From positions 685 through 64,684 of the forward strand of contig CAZFHW010000001.1 in assembly GCA_964518885.1 (NCBI GenBank): DNA of 64,000 nucleotides, given 5' to 3'. Each line of letters begins with the position of its first letter. The stretch's first letter is position 1. Source of the stretch: an uncultured Parvibaculum sp. Its GTDB lineage: Bacteria; Pseudomonadota; Alphaproteobacteria; Parvibaculales; Parvibaculaceae. Below, in pieces: positions 1 to 10,054 of the stretch. Both the position numbers and the translations under genes were made by a program. The notes under the pieces are model-generated. The model was not told the origin of the DNA. It searched no databases and worked only from the letters and a program-made list of their open reading frames with translations.

Positions 1-104
1 CCATGTGGGACAATCGCTGCTGTCTTCACATCGCCGAAGGGGGCTATGACGGGCACCTGCGGGTCATGCATCGCACGACGGTGGCAGGTGACGTGCCGGT
101 ATGA
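1..104 (+). CDS. TauD/TfdA family dioxygenase, C-terminal fragment (5' truncated by window)
   Basis: Frame from nt 3 reads MWDNRCCLHIAEGGYDGHLRVMHRTTVAGDVPV*, the WDNR..H...R.MHRTT C-terminal motif of TauD enzymes; TGA at 102-104. Not in ORF track. Confidence 0.8.
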   Translation, partial: MWDNRCCLHIAEGGYDGHLRVMHRTTVAGDVPV

Positions 105-108
105 GCGC

Positions 109-1014
109 TTAAGCGCCCAGAACCAGCACCACAAGACCCGCGATGATCAGCAGCGCGCCGGTGATCTCGCGACCGTTCGCCCGCTCGCGAAACCATATCC
201 ACGACACCGCAAAGGTGAAAACAAGTTCAATCTGTCCAAGAGCGCGCACATAGGCGGCGTTTTCCAACGTCATGGCGGTGAACCATCCAATGGACCCGAG
301 CGCCCCGGTAACACCGATGGCCAGCGATGCGGGCCAGTTGCGCAACGCCGCCACCAGCGAGGCCCAGTCTCGCCAGATCAGCCATCCAGTCATGAGGACG
401 GTCTGGATGGTCAGCACGACCGCCAGTGTCAGGGCGGCGGGGAGCAGCACCCCCTCCATCTCCAGCGAGAGAGAGCCTGCGCGGTAGCACACGGCGGCGA
501 TCCCGAACGCCGCCCCTGATCCCATTCCCATCAACGCCGTTCGACTGATGAAGGAGGTGAGCAGCGTGCCTGGTGTCAGTTGGGTGCGCGCGACGGAGAT
601 AGTAACAACGCCGATAAGACTGACAAATATTCCCACGCCAGCTTCAACACCAACCGTTTCCCCAAGGATGAAAATACCAAAAATAGCGGTCAGCACGGTT
701 TCGGTTTTGGAGTAGGTCGTGCCCACCACAAAGTTGCGAAAGGTGAACAGGGTGACCAGTAATACCGTTCCCAAAATCTGGGCGATGCCACCAACCGCTG
801 CATAGATATAAAACGCAGTCGGCGGGGTGGGAAACTCCGTGTCGAAGAATAAAAAGAGCGCGACAACATAAAGCAGCGCGATTGGCAGGCCGAACAGGAA
901 GCGCACATAGGTCGCACTCGTCGCGGTGAGGTCACGGGCCAGCTGGCGTTGCAGGGCGGACCGCAGGTTTTGCAGAAAGGCCGCAGCAATGGTGATCGGT
1001 ATCCATAAGGGCAT
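109..1014 (-). CDS. DMT/EamA family transporter
   Basis: 301 aa, about 10 hydrophobic segments in two repeats; FLQNLRSALQR and YSKTE motifs typical of this EamA subgroup. Confidence 0.8.
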   Translation of the reverse strand: MPLWIPITIAAAFLQNLRSALQRQLARDLTATSATYVRFLFGLPIALLYVVALFLFFDTEFPTPPTAFYIYAAVGGIAQILGTVLLVTLFTFRNFVVGTTYSKTETVLTAIFGIFILGETVGVEAGVGIFVSLIGVVTISVARTQLTPGTLLTSFISRTALMGMGSGAAFGIAAVCYRAGSLSLEMEGVLLPAALTLAVVLTIQTVLMTGWLIWRDWASLVAALRNWPASLAIGVTGALGSIGWFTAMTLENAAYVRALGQIELVFTFAVSWIWFRERANGREITGALLIIAGLVVLVLGA

Positions 1015-1601
1015 CAGCAGTCAGGACCACTGGGGCGCTCCGGTGCGCCGTGATCTTGCAAGACACCTTCGATGAACGCGCTCTTGGACATGGTGTAGGA
1101 GTCCACGTCATTGGGGAACCGCGCGGCAAGACCACGTTTCAGGTCTTCATAGGCGGCCTTTAGTCGGGCGTCGGACCGCAAAGCATCGCGAAACACAAGG
1201 TGTCGCTCAATCTCAACGTGACCGCGTTCAAACATATGCATGTTGATATTGACGTGCCCGCGCTGCCGAAAAAATTGGCGTCCCGGAATGCCATACTCCC
1301 TGTGATAGTAGAAGCCGAGTGGCTCCAGAATATCGGCACACCGCTCCCCGTCGGCAAAGGCATCTAACACCGGCATGACATCGATCAGCGGTTTGGCAGA
1401 GAGCCCGGGCACACTGGTGCTGCCAATGTGATGAATATCAACAATCAGCGTACCGCAGGCGGCGCGCACGTCGCGGGAAATTTGCGCAAACATATCCGCC
1501 CAGGCTGGATCATGCACAACGAGCTCAACCCGGTCCGTTTTGTGCTTTGCGAGGTCGGCCTTGGCGGCCGCGCTGACAACGCGCTTCTCTGTCGGCATCA
1601 A
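1014..1601 (-). CDS. GrpB/UPF0157 family nucleotidyltransferase-like protein
   Basis: HHIGSTSVPGLSAKPLIDV, EYGIPGRQFF, HLVFRDALR, YTMSKSAFI motifs. Confidence 0.9.
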   Translation of the reverse strand: MMPTEKRVVSAAAKADLAKHKTDRVELVVHDPAWADMFAQISRDVRAACGTLIVDIHHIGSTSVPGLSAKPLIDVMPVLDAFADGERCADILEPLGFYYHREYGIPGRQFFRQRGHVNINMHMFERGHVEIERHLVFRDALRSDARLKAAYEDLKRGLAARFPNDVDSYTMSKSAFIEGVLQDHGAPERPSGPDC

Positions 1602-2842
1602 TCAAGCACGGACCCGTAGACCAGTTGCTGCATCTGCGGACGCAGAGGGTAGGCACGCGACGGCATAAGCTGCGTCATGAGGATACCGATCAGGTCTTCT
1701 TCCGGGTCAATCCAGAAATAGGTGGACGCCGCACCCCCCCAGGAATGATTTCCCTCAGACGTGACAGCCTGTGCGTCGGCAGGGTCGATGATGACGGAAA
1801 AGCCCAACCCAAAGCCGGTGCCCTCGGAGCCTGTTTCTGAAAAAGCAGACTGGTCCATTTCCGGCATCGTCTTGCCGTTTGGCAGGTGGTTGAGGGTCAT
1901 ATACTCCACCGTCTTGCGCGACAGCAGGCGCGCGCCGTTCAACTCTCCACCATTCAGGAACATCTGGCAGAAGCGCCAATAGTCCATCATGGTTGAGGTG
2001 AGGCCACCGCCCCCGGAAAGAAAGGCTTTCGGTTTGGCGTAGGTGCTGTTCTCGTCGCTGGTGTCGAACAGCCGAACTTCTTTTGTGCGTGGATGCTTTT
2101 CATAGTTGGCAGCAAAACGAGAGAGTTTTTCTTTGGGCACCACGAACCCCGTATCGACCATGCCGAGTGGGTCAAAGATGCGGGATTGAAAAAATTCATC
2201 CAGAGGCAGGCCCGAAAGAACTTCCACCAGACGGCCACAGACATCTGTGGCGACAGAATAGCTCCACTGTGTGCCGGGCGAGAACAGAAGCGGGATCTCA
2301 GAGAGCTGGTCGCAAAAGCTTTCCAGGGTGAGGTCATTGGCTGTTGCCGCACCATCAATGCCGGCCGCGCGGTACATCTCATCGACCGGGTGGACATGCA
2401 TAAAGCCGTAGGTCAGACCGGACGTGTGAGTGAGCAGGTCCCGGATGGTCATGGCCCGTTCACAGGGTTTGGTGCGATGGTCTTCTGCACTGCCGCCGTC
2501 CCACACCTTCAGATTAGCGAAGGAAGGAATATAACGGGCGACTTCATGAGAGAGTTGAAAATGACCCTCTTCGTAAAGCATCATCAGTGCCACGGAAGTG
2601 ATGGGCTTTGACATAGAGTAGATACGGAAGATCGTATCCTTCTCCATCGCCAGTTCATTTTCCCGATCACGCAGACCAATAGTCTCAAAATGTGCAACTT
2701 TGCCGCCGCGTGCCACCAGCGTAGACACGCCCGCAAGTTTGCCGCGATCCACATAAGAGCCGAAATAGTTTGAGATGTTGGCAAGTTTTGTTGAACAAAG
2801 CCCAACATCTTCAGGCGTCGTAAAGGGCGTTTCGGCGTTCAT
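1598..2842 (-). CDS. Serine hydrolase, beta-lactamase class C/esterase family
   Basis: FRIYSMSKP (SxxK), LLTHTSGL, PGTQWSYS, SGGGGL, WGGAASTYFWIDP. Confidence 0.9.
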   Translation of the reverse strand: MNAETPFTTPEDVGLCSTKLANISNYFGSYVDRGKLAGVSTLVARGGKVAHFETIGLRDRENELAMEKDTIFRIYSMSKPITSVALMMLYEEGHFQLSHEVARYIPSFANLKVWDGGSAEDHRTKPCERAMTIRDLLTHTSGLTYGFMHVHPVDEMYRAAGIDGAATANDLTLESFCDQLSEIPLLFSPGTQWSYSVATDVCGRLVEVLSGLPLDEFFQSRIFDPLGMVDTGFVVPKEKLSRFAANYEKHPRTKEVRLFDTSDENSTYAKPKAFLSGGGGLTSTMMDYWRFCQMFLNGGELNGARLLSRKTVEYMTLNHLPNGKTMPEMDQSAFSETGSEGTGFGLGFSVIIDPADAQAVTSEGNHSWGGAASTYFWIDPEEDLIGILMTQLMPSRAYPLRPQMQQLVYGSVLD

Positions 2843-2927
2843 GGGCTTGGGCTCCCGCGTTTGGTAGTTTTCAATTTCGATGTGGCGATCTTACGCTTTT
2901 CCCCTTTCAGGGGAAGGGCAGAACGGC

Positions 2928-3986
2928 TTAGGCCGGGCGGAAACAACCAACCACTTCCGCCATCCAGTCTTTGACATTTTGGCCAAGCTCAGCCGACGTT
3001 TTGCCGTGGCGCACCAGCACCAGGTCCAGGTCTGGCACCACAATGGTGAACTGACCCTCGAAACCATTGGCTGAAAAGCTGCCCGGTCCACCGACGTCAA
3101 GCCACCACTGGGCGCCATATGCGCCCGCTTCCTCAAGCATTTGAGGGGCTTGTGGTGTGGGGGTGCGGGCATAATCGACCCAGCCTTCTGGCAGCAGGCG
3201 CTTGCCCTCCCAGATGCCGTCCCGCAGATAGAGCGTGCCGAATTTTGCAAAGTCGCGCGCCGTCGCATAGCAGAATGAAGAGCCGATAAAGATGCCGGCT
3301 TCATCGAATTTTGGTGCAGCGCTTTTCATGCCAATGAGATCAAGAAGTTCCCGTCGCATGAACGCTTCGAAGTCGGCGCCTGTGGCCCCCAGTGCCAGCG
3401 CAGCACAGCGGGAGATGATGTTGGTGGTGCCGCTTGAGTAGGACCAGAAACTATCCACGTCGTGGGCAAGAGGGAAAGAGGCGGCAAACGCGCCTGTGTC
3501 CTCTTTGCCATCCCCCCAAAGCATTTCGATGACATCGGAAGGGGCGTCCGTGGTGTACTCCTCGCGGAACGCAAGGCCACTCGACATGCGTAGCAACTGA
3601 TCGAGGGTGATTCGATGGCGAGGGTCGCTGGCATCCGACCATTCAGGAACATCTGCGCGCGCCTGAATATCGATTTTCCCGTCGCGCACCAAAATACCGA
3701 CAAGCGCGTGGGTGATGCTTTTGGCTTTTGACCAGGACGGATAGGTGCCAGTGGCGTTGAAGCCTTTGCCATAGCGTTCCGTGACAAGCTTGCCGTGTTG
3801 CACAACTACCAGGGCGTGGCTCTCTCCGAATTTCGGGTCTGGGGTTTCCCCAAAAGCGGCCTCCACCAGAGCCTCCAGCTTGGTCGTGTCCACCTGCGCT
3901 CCCGGTGTCCCCTCGGGCCAATCTTGAGTTGGCCACGGCACGTCTGCGGGCTGTGGCGGCAAGGGGAGCAAAGCGGGTTGCGTCAT
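2928..3986 (-). CDS. Serine hydrolase, beta-lactamase family (NylB-like)
   Basis: SWSKAKS (SxxK), LLRMSSGL, WSYSSG, TARDFAKFG, GFEGQF. Confidence 0.88.
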   Translation of the reverse strand: MTQPALLPLPPQPADVPWPTQDWPEGTPGAQVDTTKLEALVEAAFGETPDPKFGESHALVVVQHGKLVTERYGKGFNATGTYPSWSKAKSITHALVGILVRDGKIDIQARADVPEWSDASDPRHRITLDQLLRMSSGLAFREEYTTDAPSDVIEMLWGDGKEDTGAFAASFPLAHDVDSFWSYSSGTTNIISRCAALALGATGADFEAFMRRELLDLIGMKSAAPKFDEAGIFIGSSFCYATARDFAKFGTLYLRDGIWEGKRLLPEGWVDYARTPTPQAPQMLEEAGAYGAQWWLDVGGPGSFSANGFEGQFTIVVPDLDLVLVRHGKTSAELGQNVKDWMAEVVGCFRPA

Positions 3987-4139
3987 CGGGTGTGTTCCTC
4001 GTCAAATTTTGCTGGCGGGAGCATGGGCGAGCGTATCAAAAAAGACAAGCGGGGCTGGAAGAGGCTTTGGGTGATTGCGACAAAATCCAGTTTGTTGTTC
4101 TATGGCGCCTAGAAAATCAGAAGAAATTGGGAGAGACAC

Positions 4140-6119
4140 ATGGCGCTCGCGCGTATCGGCCTTGAAGGTTCGTGGTTCACAGATGCCGAAGGGCGAAAAG
4201 TTATACTCAGAGGCATCAATCTGGGCGGTGATTGCAAGATGCCTTATCCTGATGGTGGCACAAACCATCCAACAGATTTCTCCGACCATCTTACCGTTTC
4301 TTTCATTGGGCGCCCGTTCCCCCTCGAAGAAGCGGATGAACATTTCTCCCGGCTTGCGGCGTGGGGTTTCAACTGTCTGCGGCTGCTCACAACCTGGGAA
4401 GCAGTGGAGCACGCAGGCCCCGGTGAGTACGACACCGACTATCTCGATTACTACGCCGAACTTTGTCGCAAAGCGGGGGAGTATGGGCTCTACGTATTCG
4501 TTGATTTTCACCAGGATGTTTGGAGCCGTATGACGGGAGGCGATGGCGCCCCCGCATGGATATTTGAAAAGGTCGGCCTCGACTTCACCACCTTTCACGC
4601 ATCGGGCGCGGCCCAGGTGATGCAATATAATTACGATTATGCGCGCGGTGGGCGCCAGGAAGACAATTATCCCACCATGAGCTGGTCGCAGAATTATCGC
4701 CTGCCAGCCAACGGCATCATGTGGACCCTGTTTTTTGCAGGGCGAGACTTTGCGCCAGGTCTGATGATCGATGGCCAAAATGTGCAGGACTATTTGCAGT
4801 CTCATTATCGAGGCTGCCTGGTGGAAATTGCCAAGCGCATTAAGGATCTGCCCAACGTCATTGGTTTTGACACGCTGAACGAGCCGGGAACCGGTTTTAT
4901 CGGGCAATCTCTTTCCTATCAACACGTGGCGCCAAGTGACCAAAACACCCGCATCGCGGTCCCGGGTCCCGCTTGGTCGGCGCTCGACGGGCTGGCTGTT
5001 GCCCGTGGGGTGAGCCGGTCTGTTCCGCAACTCGCTTTTTCAGTCGAGGAAATGAAGTCGGTGGTGACAGAGGACCGCCAAGTGAACGAGGTTGGCGTTG
5101 ACTGTTGGTTGCCCGGCCGCGTTGACCCGTTTGAAGAGGCTGGCGCCTACCGTCGAACCAATGAAGGGGTGGAGCCGCTGCGGGAAGACTTTTTCCAAAA
5201 GGTGAACGGCAAGACCGTCGATCTGGAAGAAGACTACATGGCGCCGTTTTTCAACAAGGTCGCGGAGGCTGTGCGCGCCGTGCGGGAGGACTGGTTGATT
5301 TTCGCTGAGCTTGATCCTTTCACCGGCCTGCTTGGGGGCGTTTTTCCCGAAGCAAGCCCACGTCGCTCGGTGAACGCATCTCACTGGTACGACATCGCCA
5401 CCTTGTCGACGAAAACCTTTATGTACCCAACCGCGATAAATCCGTTTTCGGGAAAAACGTTGGAAGGGCGAGAGGAAATTGAAGCCCATTACCGCCGGCA
5501 ATTGTCGCGCATTCGTGATGCGGGACGGACGTTGAACGAAGGCACCGGCGCGCCAACCCTGATCGGTGAGTGCGGCATTCCTTTCGACCTTGATGGCGCC
5601 AAAGCCTATGACGCCTGGGCGAAGGGTGAGCGGGGAGAGGAGCCTTGGTCGTCCCACGTCATGGCGCTCGAGTTCCTCTACAACGCTCTGGATGCGTTGC
5701 AGCTCAGTTCGACTTTGTGGAATTATACAGCCTCCAATTCCAACGATCTCGCCATCGGAGATGGATGGAACCAGGAGGATCTGTCGATTTTCAGTCGCGA
5801 CCAGCAGGATGATCCGAGCGATATCAATTCTGGTGGCCGGGCCTTGAAAGGTTTCGTGCGGCCCTATTTGCAGACCTGCGAGGGCACACCCCTGGAGACC
5901 AGTTTTACACTTGCGACGGGCGAATTTTTGGCCCGGTACCAACCAACAGCGACGGGCAAGGCAACACTCTTTGTGCCGGTATTGCAGTATCCGAACGGAT
6001 ATAATCTTTCGGTTAAAGGAGGCACGGCGACGTACGGCATGGAGACGCAGAAGGTTGATATCGTTGCTGAGGGCGCAGAGGAAGTGATGATCACGATCAC
6101 GCCGTTTGCTGAAGCGTAA
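4140..6119 (+). CDS. Glycoside hydrolase family 5, endoglycoceramidase/steryl-beta-glucosidase-like
   Basis: LRGINLGG, RLLTTWEAVEHAGPGEYD, DFHQDVWSR, acid/base TLNEP, nucleophile IGECGIP, C-terminal RPY beta-sandwich; no signal peptide visible. Confidence 0.85.
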   Translation: MALARIGLEGSWFTDAEGRKVILRGINLGGDCKMPYPDGGTNHPTDFSDHLTVSFIGRPFPLEEADEHFSRLAAWGFNCLRLLTTWEAVEHAGPGEYDTDYLDYYAELCRKAGEYGLYVFVDFHQDVWSRMTGGDGAPAWIFEKVGLDFTTFHASGAAQVMQYNYDYARGGRQEDNYPTMSWSQNYRLPANGIMWTLFFAGRDFAPGLMIDGQNVQDYLQSHYRGCLVEIAKRIKDLPNVIGFDTLNEPGTGFIGQSLSYQHVAPSDQNTRIAVPGPAWSALDGLAVARGVSRSVPQLAFSVEEMKSVVTEDRQVNEVGVDCWLPGRVDPFEEAGAYRRTNEGVEPLREDFFQKVNGKTVDLEEDYMAPFFNKVAEAVRAVREDWLIFAELDPFTGLLGGVFPEASPRRSVNASHWYDIATLSTKTFMYPTAINPFSGKTLEGREEIEAHYRRQLSRIRDAGRTLNEGTGAPTLIGECGIPFDLDGAKAYDAWAKGERGEEPWSSHVMALEFLYNALDALQLSSTLWNYTASNSNDLAIGDGWNQEDLSIFSRDQQDDPSDINSGGRALKGFVRPYLQTCEGTPLETSFTLATGEFLARYQPTATGKATLFVPVLQYPNGYNLSVKGGTATYGMETQKVDIVAEGAEEVMITITPFAEA

Positions 6120-6128
6120 AACGACGCT

Positions 6129-6884
6129 CTAAGCTTCCCGGGCGATGATGGCCGCGGTCTCCTGCAACTCCGGGATGAAGCGAACAGCTTTTGACGGCGT
6201 GACGGCGGTGCGGATAAATCGCATGGTGATGGAGGCAACGGCCTCTCCATCTTTCAGAACGGGGACAGCCAGTCCGAAGGCGCGGTCATCATGGCGTGGC
6301 GCACCCGAGATCGCATACCCATCCTTCCGGATCGAGCGCACCATCTGCGTCACATAGGCGTCGTCATGGGCAACCCTATCCATTTCCCGCCCGGTGCTTC
6401 GCAGCGTAGAGAGAAGCACGGCGCGGGTTTCCTCGCTCGAGAAGGCAAAAAAGGCGCGGCCAAGTGCTGACAACAACAAGGCGATACGGCGTCCAATATA
6501 AATCCGGTCAAGAGAAAACGGGCTATGGGACAAGGTGCTGTACCTAGCCTGCATGGCATCGTCATCCAGGGTTGCAATGACAACGGGCCATTTGTGCTTC
6601 TGGGTAAGCGCCCGCAGGTGAGGGCGGCTGGCTTCAACAATCTGATCCGTGCTTTGAAAACCCTGTGAGAGCAACGTCACTCTGTCCGTGAGACAGTAGC
6701 CCAGACTGCGCGAAATACGCCGCACATATCCAGTCGCGATGAGCGTGTCGAGCAACCGCACGAGCGTGGATTTTGGCAGGCCCGTCTCATCATGCAGGTC
6801 ACTGAGAGTCGTGTAGACGCGACGATTGAGCGCCTCCACTACCACGAGACCGCGTGCGAGCGATGTGATGCTTCGTTCTGTCAT
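6129..6884 (-). CDS. IclR family transcriptional regulator (MhpR-like)
   Basis: SLARGLVVVEAL...TGLPKSTLVRLLDTL wHTH; SALGRAFFAF; GLAVPV effector domain. Confidence 0.9.
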   Translation of the reverse strand: MTERSITSLARGLVVVEALNRRVYTTLSDLHDETGLPKSTLVRLLDTLIATGYVRRISRSLGYCLTDRVTLLSQGFQSTDQIVEASRPHLRALTQKHKWPVVIATLDDDAMQARYSTLSHSPFSLDRIYIGRRIALLLSALGRAFFAFSSEETRAVLLSTLRSTGREMDRVAHDDAYVTQMVRSIRKDGYAISGAPRHDDRAFGLAVPVLKDGEAVASITMRFIRTAVTPSKAVRFIPELQETAAIIAREA

Positions 6885-6894
6885 GCGTTGGTCA

Positions 6895-6911
6895 ATTCCA
6901 CTATGTGGAAT
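6895..6911. promoter_or_regulatory. Perfect palindrome ATTCCAC-TAT-GTGGAAT, probable IclR operator
   Basis: Located 11 bp before the iclR start in the divergent iclR/tauD spacer; shape matches IclR-type inverted repeats. Confidence 0.7.
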
Positions 6912-6991
6912 AAGTAAATCATTTTCAGGTGGGCGGCGTCAATGCACCTCAAACTCTGGAAAATGCAGGGTCAGCAAAGGAGGAGCCACCC

Positions 6992-7867
6992 ATGAATGTT
7001 CATATGACCGCGCCGGAAGGTGCTGCCGACGCCGCCTCTCTGGGTCTGAGCCTTGAGGAGTTGAGCCCCGCGATTGGAACCATTGTGCACGGGATTGATT
7101 TGAGCCGCCCGGCAAGTGACGAACTGACAGCTTTCATTCGCAGGACGCTGGTGGAACGAAAGGTCGTTTTCTTCCGTGATCAGGACATCACGACAGAGCA
7201 GCATCTTGCTTTTGCAGCCAAATTTGGCGAGCTGGAAGTACATCCCTTCGCCCCCCACAAGCCGGACTACCCGGAAGTTCTTGCCATCACCCATAACAAG
7301 GAAAGCAAGGGCCGGGAAAACACTTGGCATTCAGACGTGACCTGGCGGGCGGAGCCTTCTCTCGGATCGATCCTGCGGGCACTGGAAGTCCCTGCAAATG
7401 GGGGGGACACGCTCTTTGCAAATATGGAAGCGGCGTATGATGATTTGGACGATGCAACCAAAGAGAAAATTGACGGCGCGGTGGCGGTACATGATTTTGC
7501 CCATTTCCGAACCATGATGAAGAAAAAAGGCCTGTCACCGGAAGAGATCGAGGCCTTCAATCAGAAATATCCCACACAGGTACATCCGGTTGTGCGAACG
7601 CACCCCGAAAGCGGTCGCAAATCGATCTATGTGAACAAGGCCTTCACCCAGTATATCGAAGGCATGGAACGTGAAGAGTCCGATCAGCTCCTTGCATTTC
7701 TCTATGCTCGCGCGTCGATCCCTGAATATCAGTGCCGCTTTCAGTGGCAGGCAAATTCCTTTGCCTTCTGGGACAACCGTGCCGCCCAGCATTATGCAGT
7801 GTCCGACTATTGGCCGGCCCTGCGACGGATGGAACGGGTGACAATTAAGGGTGGCCGACCGGTCTAA
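6992..7867 (+). CDS. TauD/TfdA family Fe(II)/2-oxoglutarate dioxygenase
   Basis: WHSDVTW (HxD), GGDTLFA, HPVVRTHPESGRK, FWDNRAAQH; ATG 6992 after AAGGAGGAG. Confidence 0.92.
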   Translation: MNVHMTAPEGAADAASLGLSLEELSPAIGTIVHGIDLSRPASDELTAFIRRTLVERKVVFFRDQDITTEQHLAFAAKFGELEVHPFAPHKPDYPEVLAITHNKESKGRENTWHSDVTWRAEPSLGSILRALEVPANGGDTLFANMEAAYDDLDDATKEKIDGAVAVHDFAHFRTMMKKKGLSPEEIEAFNQKYPTQVHPVVRTHPESGRKSIYVNKAFTQYIEGMEREESDQLLAFLYARASIPEYQCRFQWQANSFAFWDNRAAQHYAVSDYWPALRRMERVTIKGGRPV

Positions 7868-7883
7868 GAAGACGTAAGCCCCC

Positions 7884-9989
7884 CTAGGTCATGTCATGGA
7901 TGGCGAGCGCGAAGGCGTAGGTGAGGGCGGTTTCTTTCAACCGTTCAAAGCGTCCCGCAGCGCCACCATGCCCGGCTTCCATATTTGTTTTCAGCAAGAT
8001 CGCATTGTCACTGGTGGTAAGAGCCCGCAGCTTTGCCACCCACTTTGCCGGTTCCCAATAGGTCACGCGGGGGTCAGTAAGGCCCGCCAATGCCAGAATG
8101 TGCGGGTAGGCGTGCGCCCCTACATTGTCATATGGTGAGTAGGCGGCGATGGCCTCGTAAGCGGATTTGTCCTCTATGGGGTTTCCCCACTCGAACCATT
8201 CGGGTGGGGTGAGCGGTAGGGTGTCGTCGAGCATCGTGTTGAGCACGTCAACAAAAGCCACTTCGGCGATGATGCCCTTGAAGAGCGCTGGGGCCATGTT
8301 CGCCACAGCCCCCATCAACATGCCCCCCGCACTGCCCCCATGGGCGGTAATATTGCCCGCGCTCGTGTAGGCTTGCGCAGCCAGGTGCTCACCCGCCGCA
8401 ATGAAGTCGGAAAACGTGTTGGGTTTCTTGTCCAGTTTGCCTTGTTTGTACCAGCCATAGCCGCGTTCCTTGCCGCCTCGAATATGCGCAATGGCATAGA
8501 CAAAGCCGCGGTCAACAAGGCTGAGGCGACTGACGGAAAAGGACGCGGGGATGGAAATGCCATAGGCGCCATAGCCGTAGAGCAGGCAGGGAGCCTGTCC
8601 ATCTTGCTTCAGGTCTTTGCGATAGAGGAGCGAGATCGGTACCCGCGCCCCGTCTTTCGCCGTGGCAAAAATACGCTCCGTTACATAATCATCAGGATTG
8701 TGACCGCTCGGGACTTCCTGTTCTTTTAGGAGTTGGCGTGTGCGGCCGACCATATCGTAGTCGTAGACCTGCTCTGGTGTTGTCATTGACGAGTAGGAAA
8801 AACGGACAATGGTGGTTTTATATTCAAGCCCGCCCATGGGCGAGAGGTCATAGGCCTTCTCGTCAAAGGCAATGTTGTGCTCGGTCCCATCGTCTAGAGA
8901 CCGGATGACAAGTCGATTGAGGCCGTCTTCGCGCTCAAGCCGGACATGGTGATCCTGATAGGCGATTTGACCCAGCAGCAAAGTACCAGGCCGGTGTGCA
9001 ACGAGGTCCTGCCAGTTTGCGCGATCTGGCGAGGTGGTGGATGTCTCCACCAGTTTGAAATCTTCCGCGCCATCGGCGTTGGTGACGATCAGGAACCTGT
9101 CGCGGGAGACGTCATGTTCGAGATCATATTCGACACCCGCTTCGCGCGCGGCGACAAGGGTCGGGGCGTCATTGGGCGCAGCGGCATCAATCAGATAGCA
9201 TTCGCTGGTCTGGTGATCGTGGACACTGATAACGATATAGCGCCCGCTTTGGGTTTCGCCCACGCTGACAAAAAATCCTGGGTCCTGTTCTTCATAGACG
9301 CACACATCGTCCGTCACATCGGTGCCCAGCACATGGCGAAAGACACGCGACGCGCGGTGGTTCTCATCTACCCGGACGTAGAAAAGCGTTTTGTTGTCCA
9401 GCGCCCAGACAGCGCCGCCGCTGCAATCAGGGATCGTATCCGCAAGGTCTCGCCCACCTGCCATATCGCGAATTTTGAGCGTGAAATATTCAGAGCCTTT
9501 GAGGTCCGCACTCCAGGCAAACAGCGTGTCATCGTGACTGCGCGCAGCCCCGCCAATTTTGAAATAGGCTTCTTCCTCAGCCTCAATATTGCCATCAAGG
9601 AGGATGGACTCAACTGTCTCGCCCTCACGAGGTTTGCGGCAGAAGATCGGGTGCTGCGATCCCGTCAGATATTTTGTGTAATAGAGCCAGTGGCCGTGGG
9701 GAGACGGAACCGAACTGTCATCTTCCTTGATCCGGCCTTTGATTTCCTCAAACAGCTCCTCGCGTAAGTCTTCCAGCGGCTTGAAGGTTTCATCGGCATA
9801 GGCATTTTCAGCTTCCAGATAGGACCGAATGTCGGCTTGAAGAATGGAGGGGTCCTTCATCAAAGCCTGCCACTCCGGGTCGCGCAGCCAGTCATAGGCA
9901 TCAGTGCGGGTAATTCCGTGGCGGGTATCGCGAACAGGTTTTTCAGCGGCTACAGGTACATTGGCGGGCAGGGCGAGGGGCATGGGCAT
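7884..9989 (-). CDS. ptrB: Oligopeptidase B (S9A family)
   Basis: D.YDWLRD N-terminus, HIRGGKERG, GGSAGG nucleophile, DPRVTYWEPAKWVAKLR, AGHGGAAGRF. Confidence 0.93.
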   Translation of the reverse strand: MPMPLALPANVPVAAEKPVRDTRHGITRTDAYDWLRDPEWQALMKDPSILQADIRSYLEAENAYADETFKPLEDLREELFEEIKGRIKEDDSSVPSPHGHWLYYTKYLTGSQHPIFCRKPREGETVESILLDGNIEAEEEAYFKIGGAARSHDDTLFAWSADLKGSEYFTLKIRDMAGGRDLADTIPDCSGGAVWALDNKTLFYVRVDENHRASRVFRHVLGTDVTDDVCVYEEQDPGFFVSVGETQSGRYIVISVHDHQTSECYLIDAAAPNDAPTLVAAREAGVEYDLEHDVSRDRFLIVTNADGAEDFKLVETSTTSPDRANWQDLVAHRPGTLLLGQIAYQDHHVRLEREDGLNRLVIRSLDDGTEHNIAFDEKAYDLSPMGGLEYKTTIVRFSYSSMTTPEQVYDYDMVGRTRQLLKEQEVPSGHNPDDYVTERIFATAKDGARVPISLLYRKDLKQDGQAPCLLYGYGAYGISIPASFSVSRLSLVDRGFVYAIAHIRGGKERGYGWYKQGKLDKKPNTFSDFIAAGEHLAAQAYTSAGNITAHGGSAGGMLMGAVANMAPALFKGIIAEVAFVDVLNTMLDDTLPLTPPEWFEWGNPIEDKSAYEAIAAYSPYDNVGAHAYPHILALAGLTDPRVTYWEPAKWVAKLRALTTSDNAILLKTNMEAGHGGAAGRFERLKETALTYAFALAIHDMT

Positions 9990-9994
9990 CCTTC

Positions 9995-10033
9995 AAAATA
10001 GAAACACCCCCGGCGGACAATCCACCGGAGGTG
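9995..10033 (-). terminator. Intrinsic terminator downstream of the MaoC gene
   Basis: Minus strand CACCTCCGGTGGA-TTG-TCCGCCGGGGGTG followed by TTTCTATTTT. Confidence 0.7.
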
Positions 10034-10054
10034 CAATAGCTATGGGCGCGCGTC

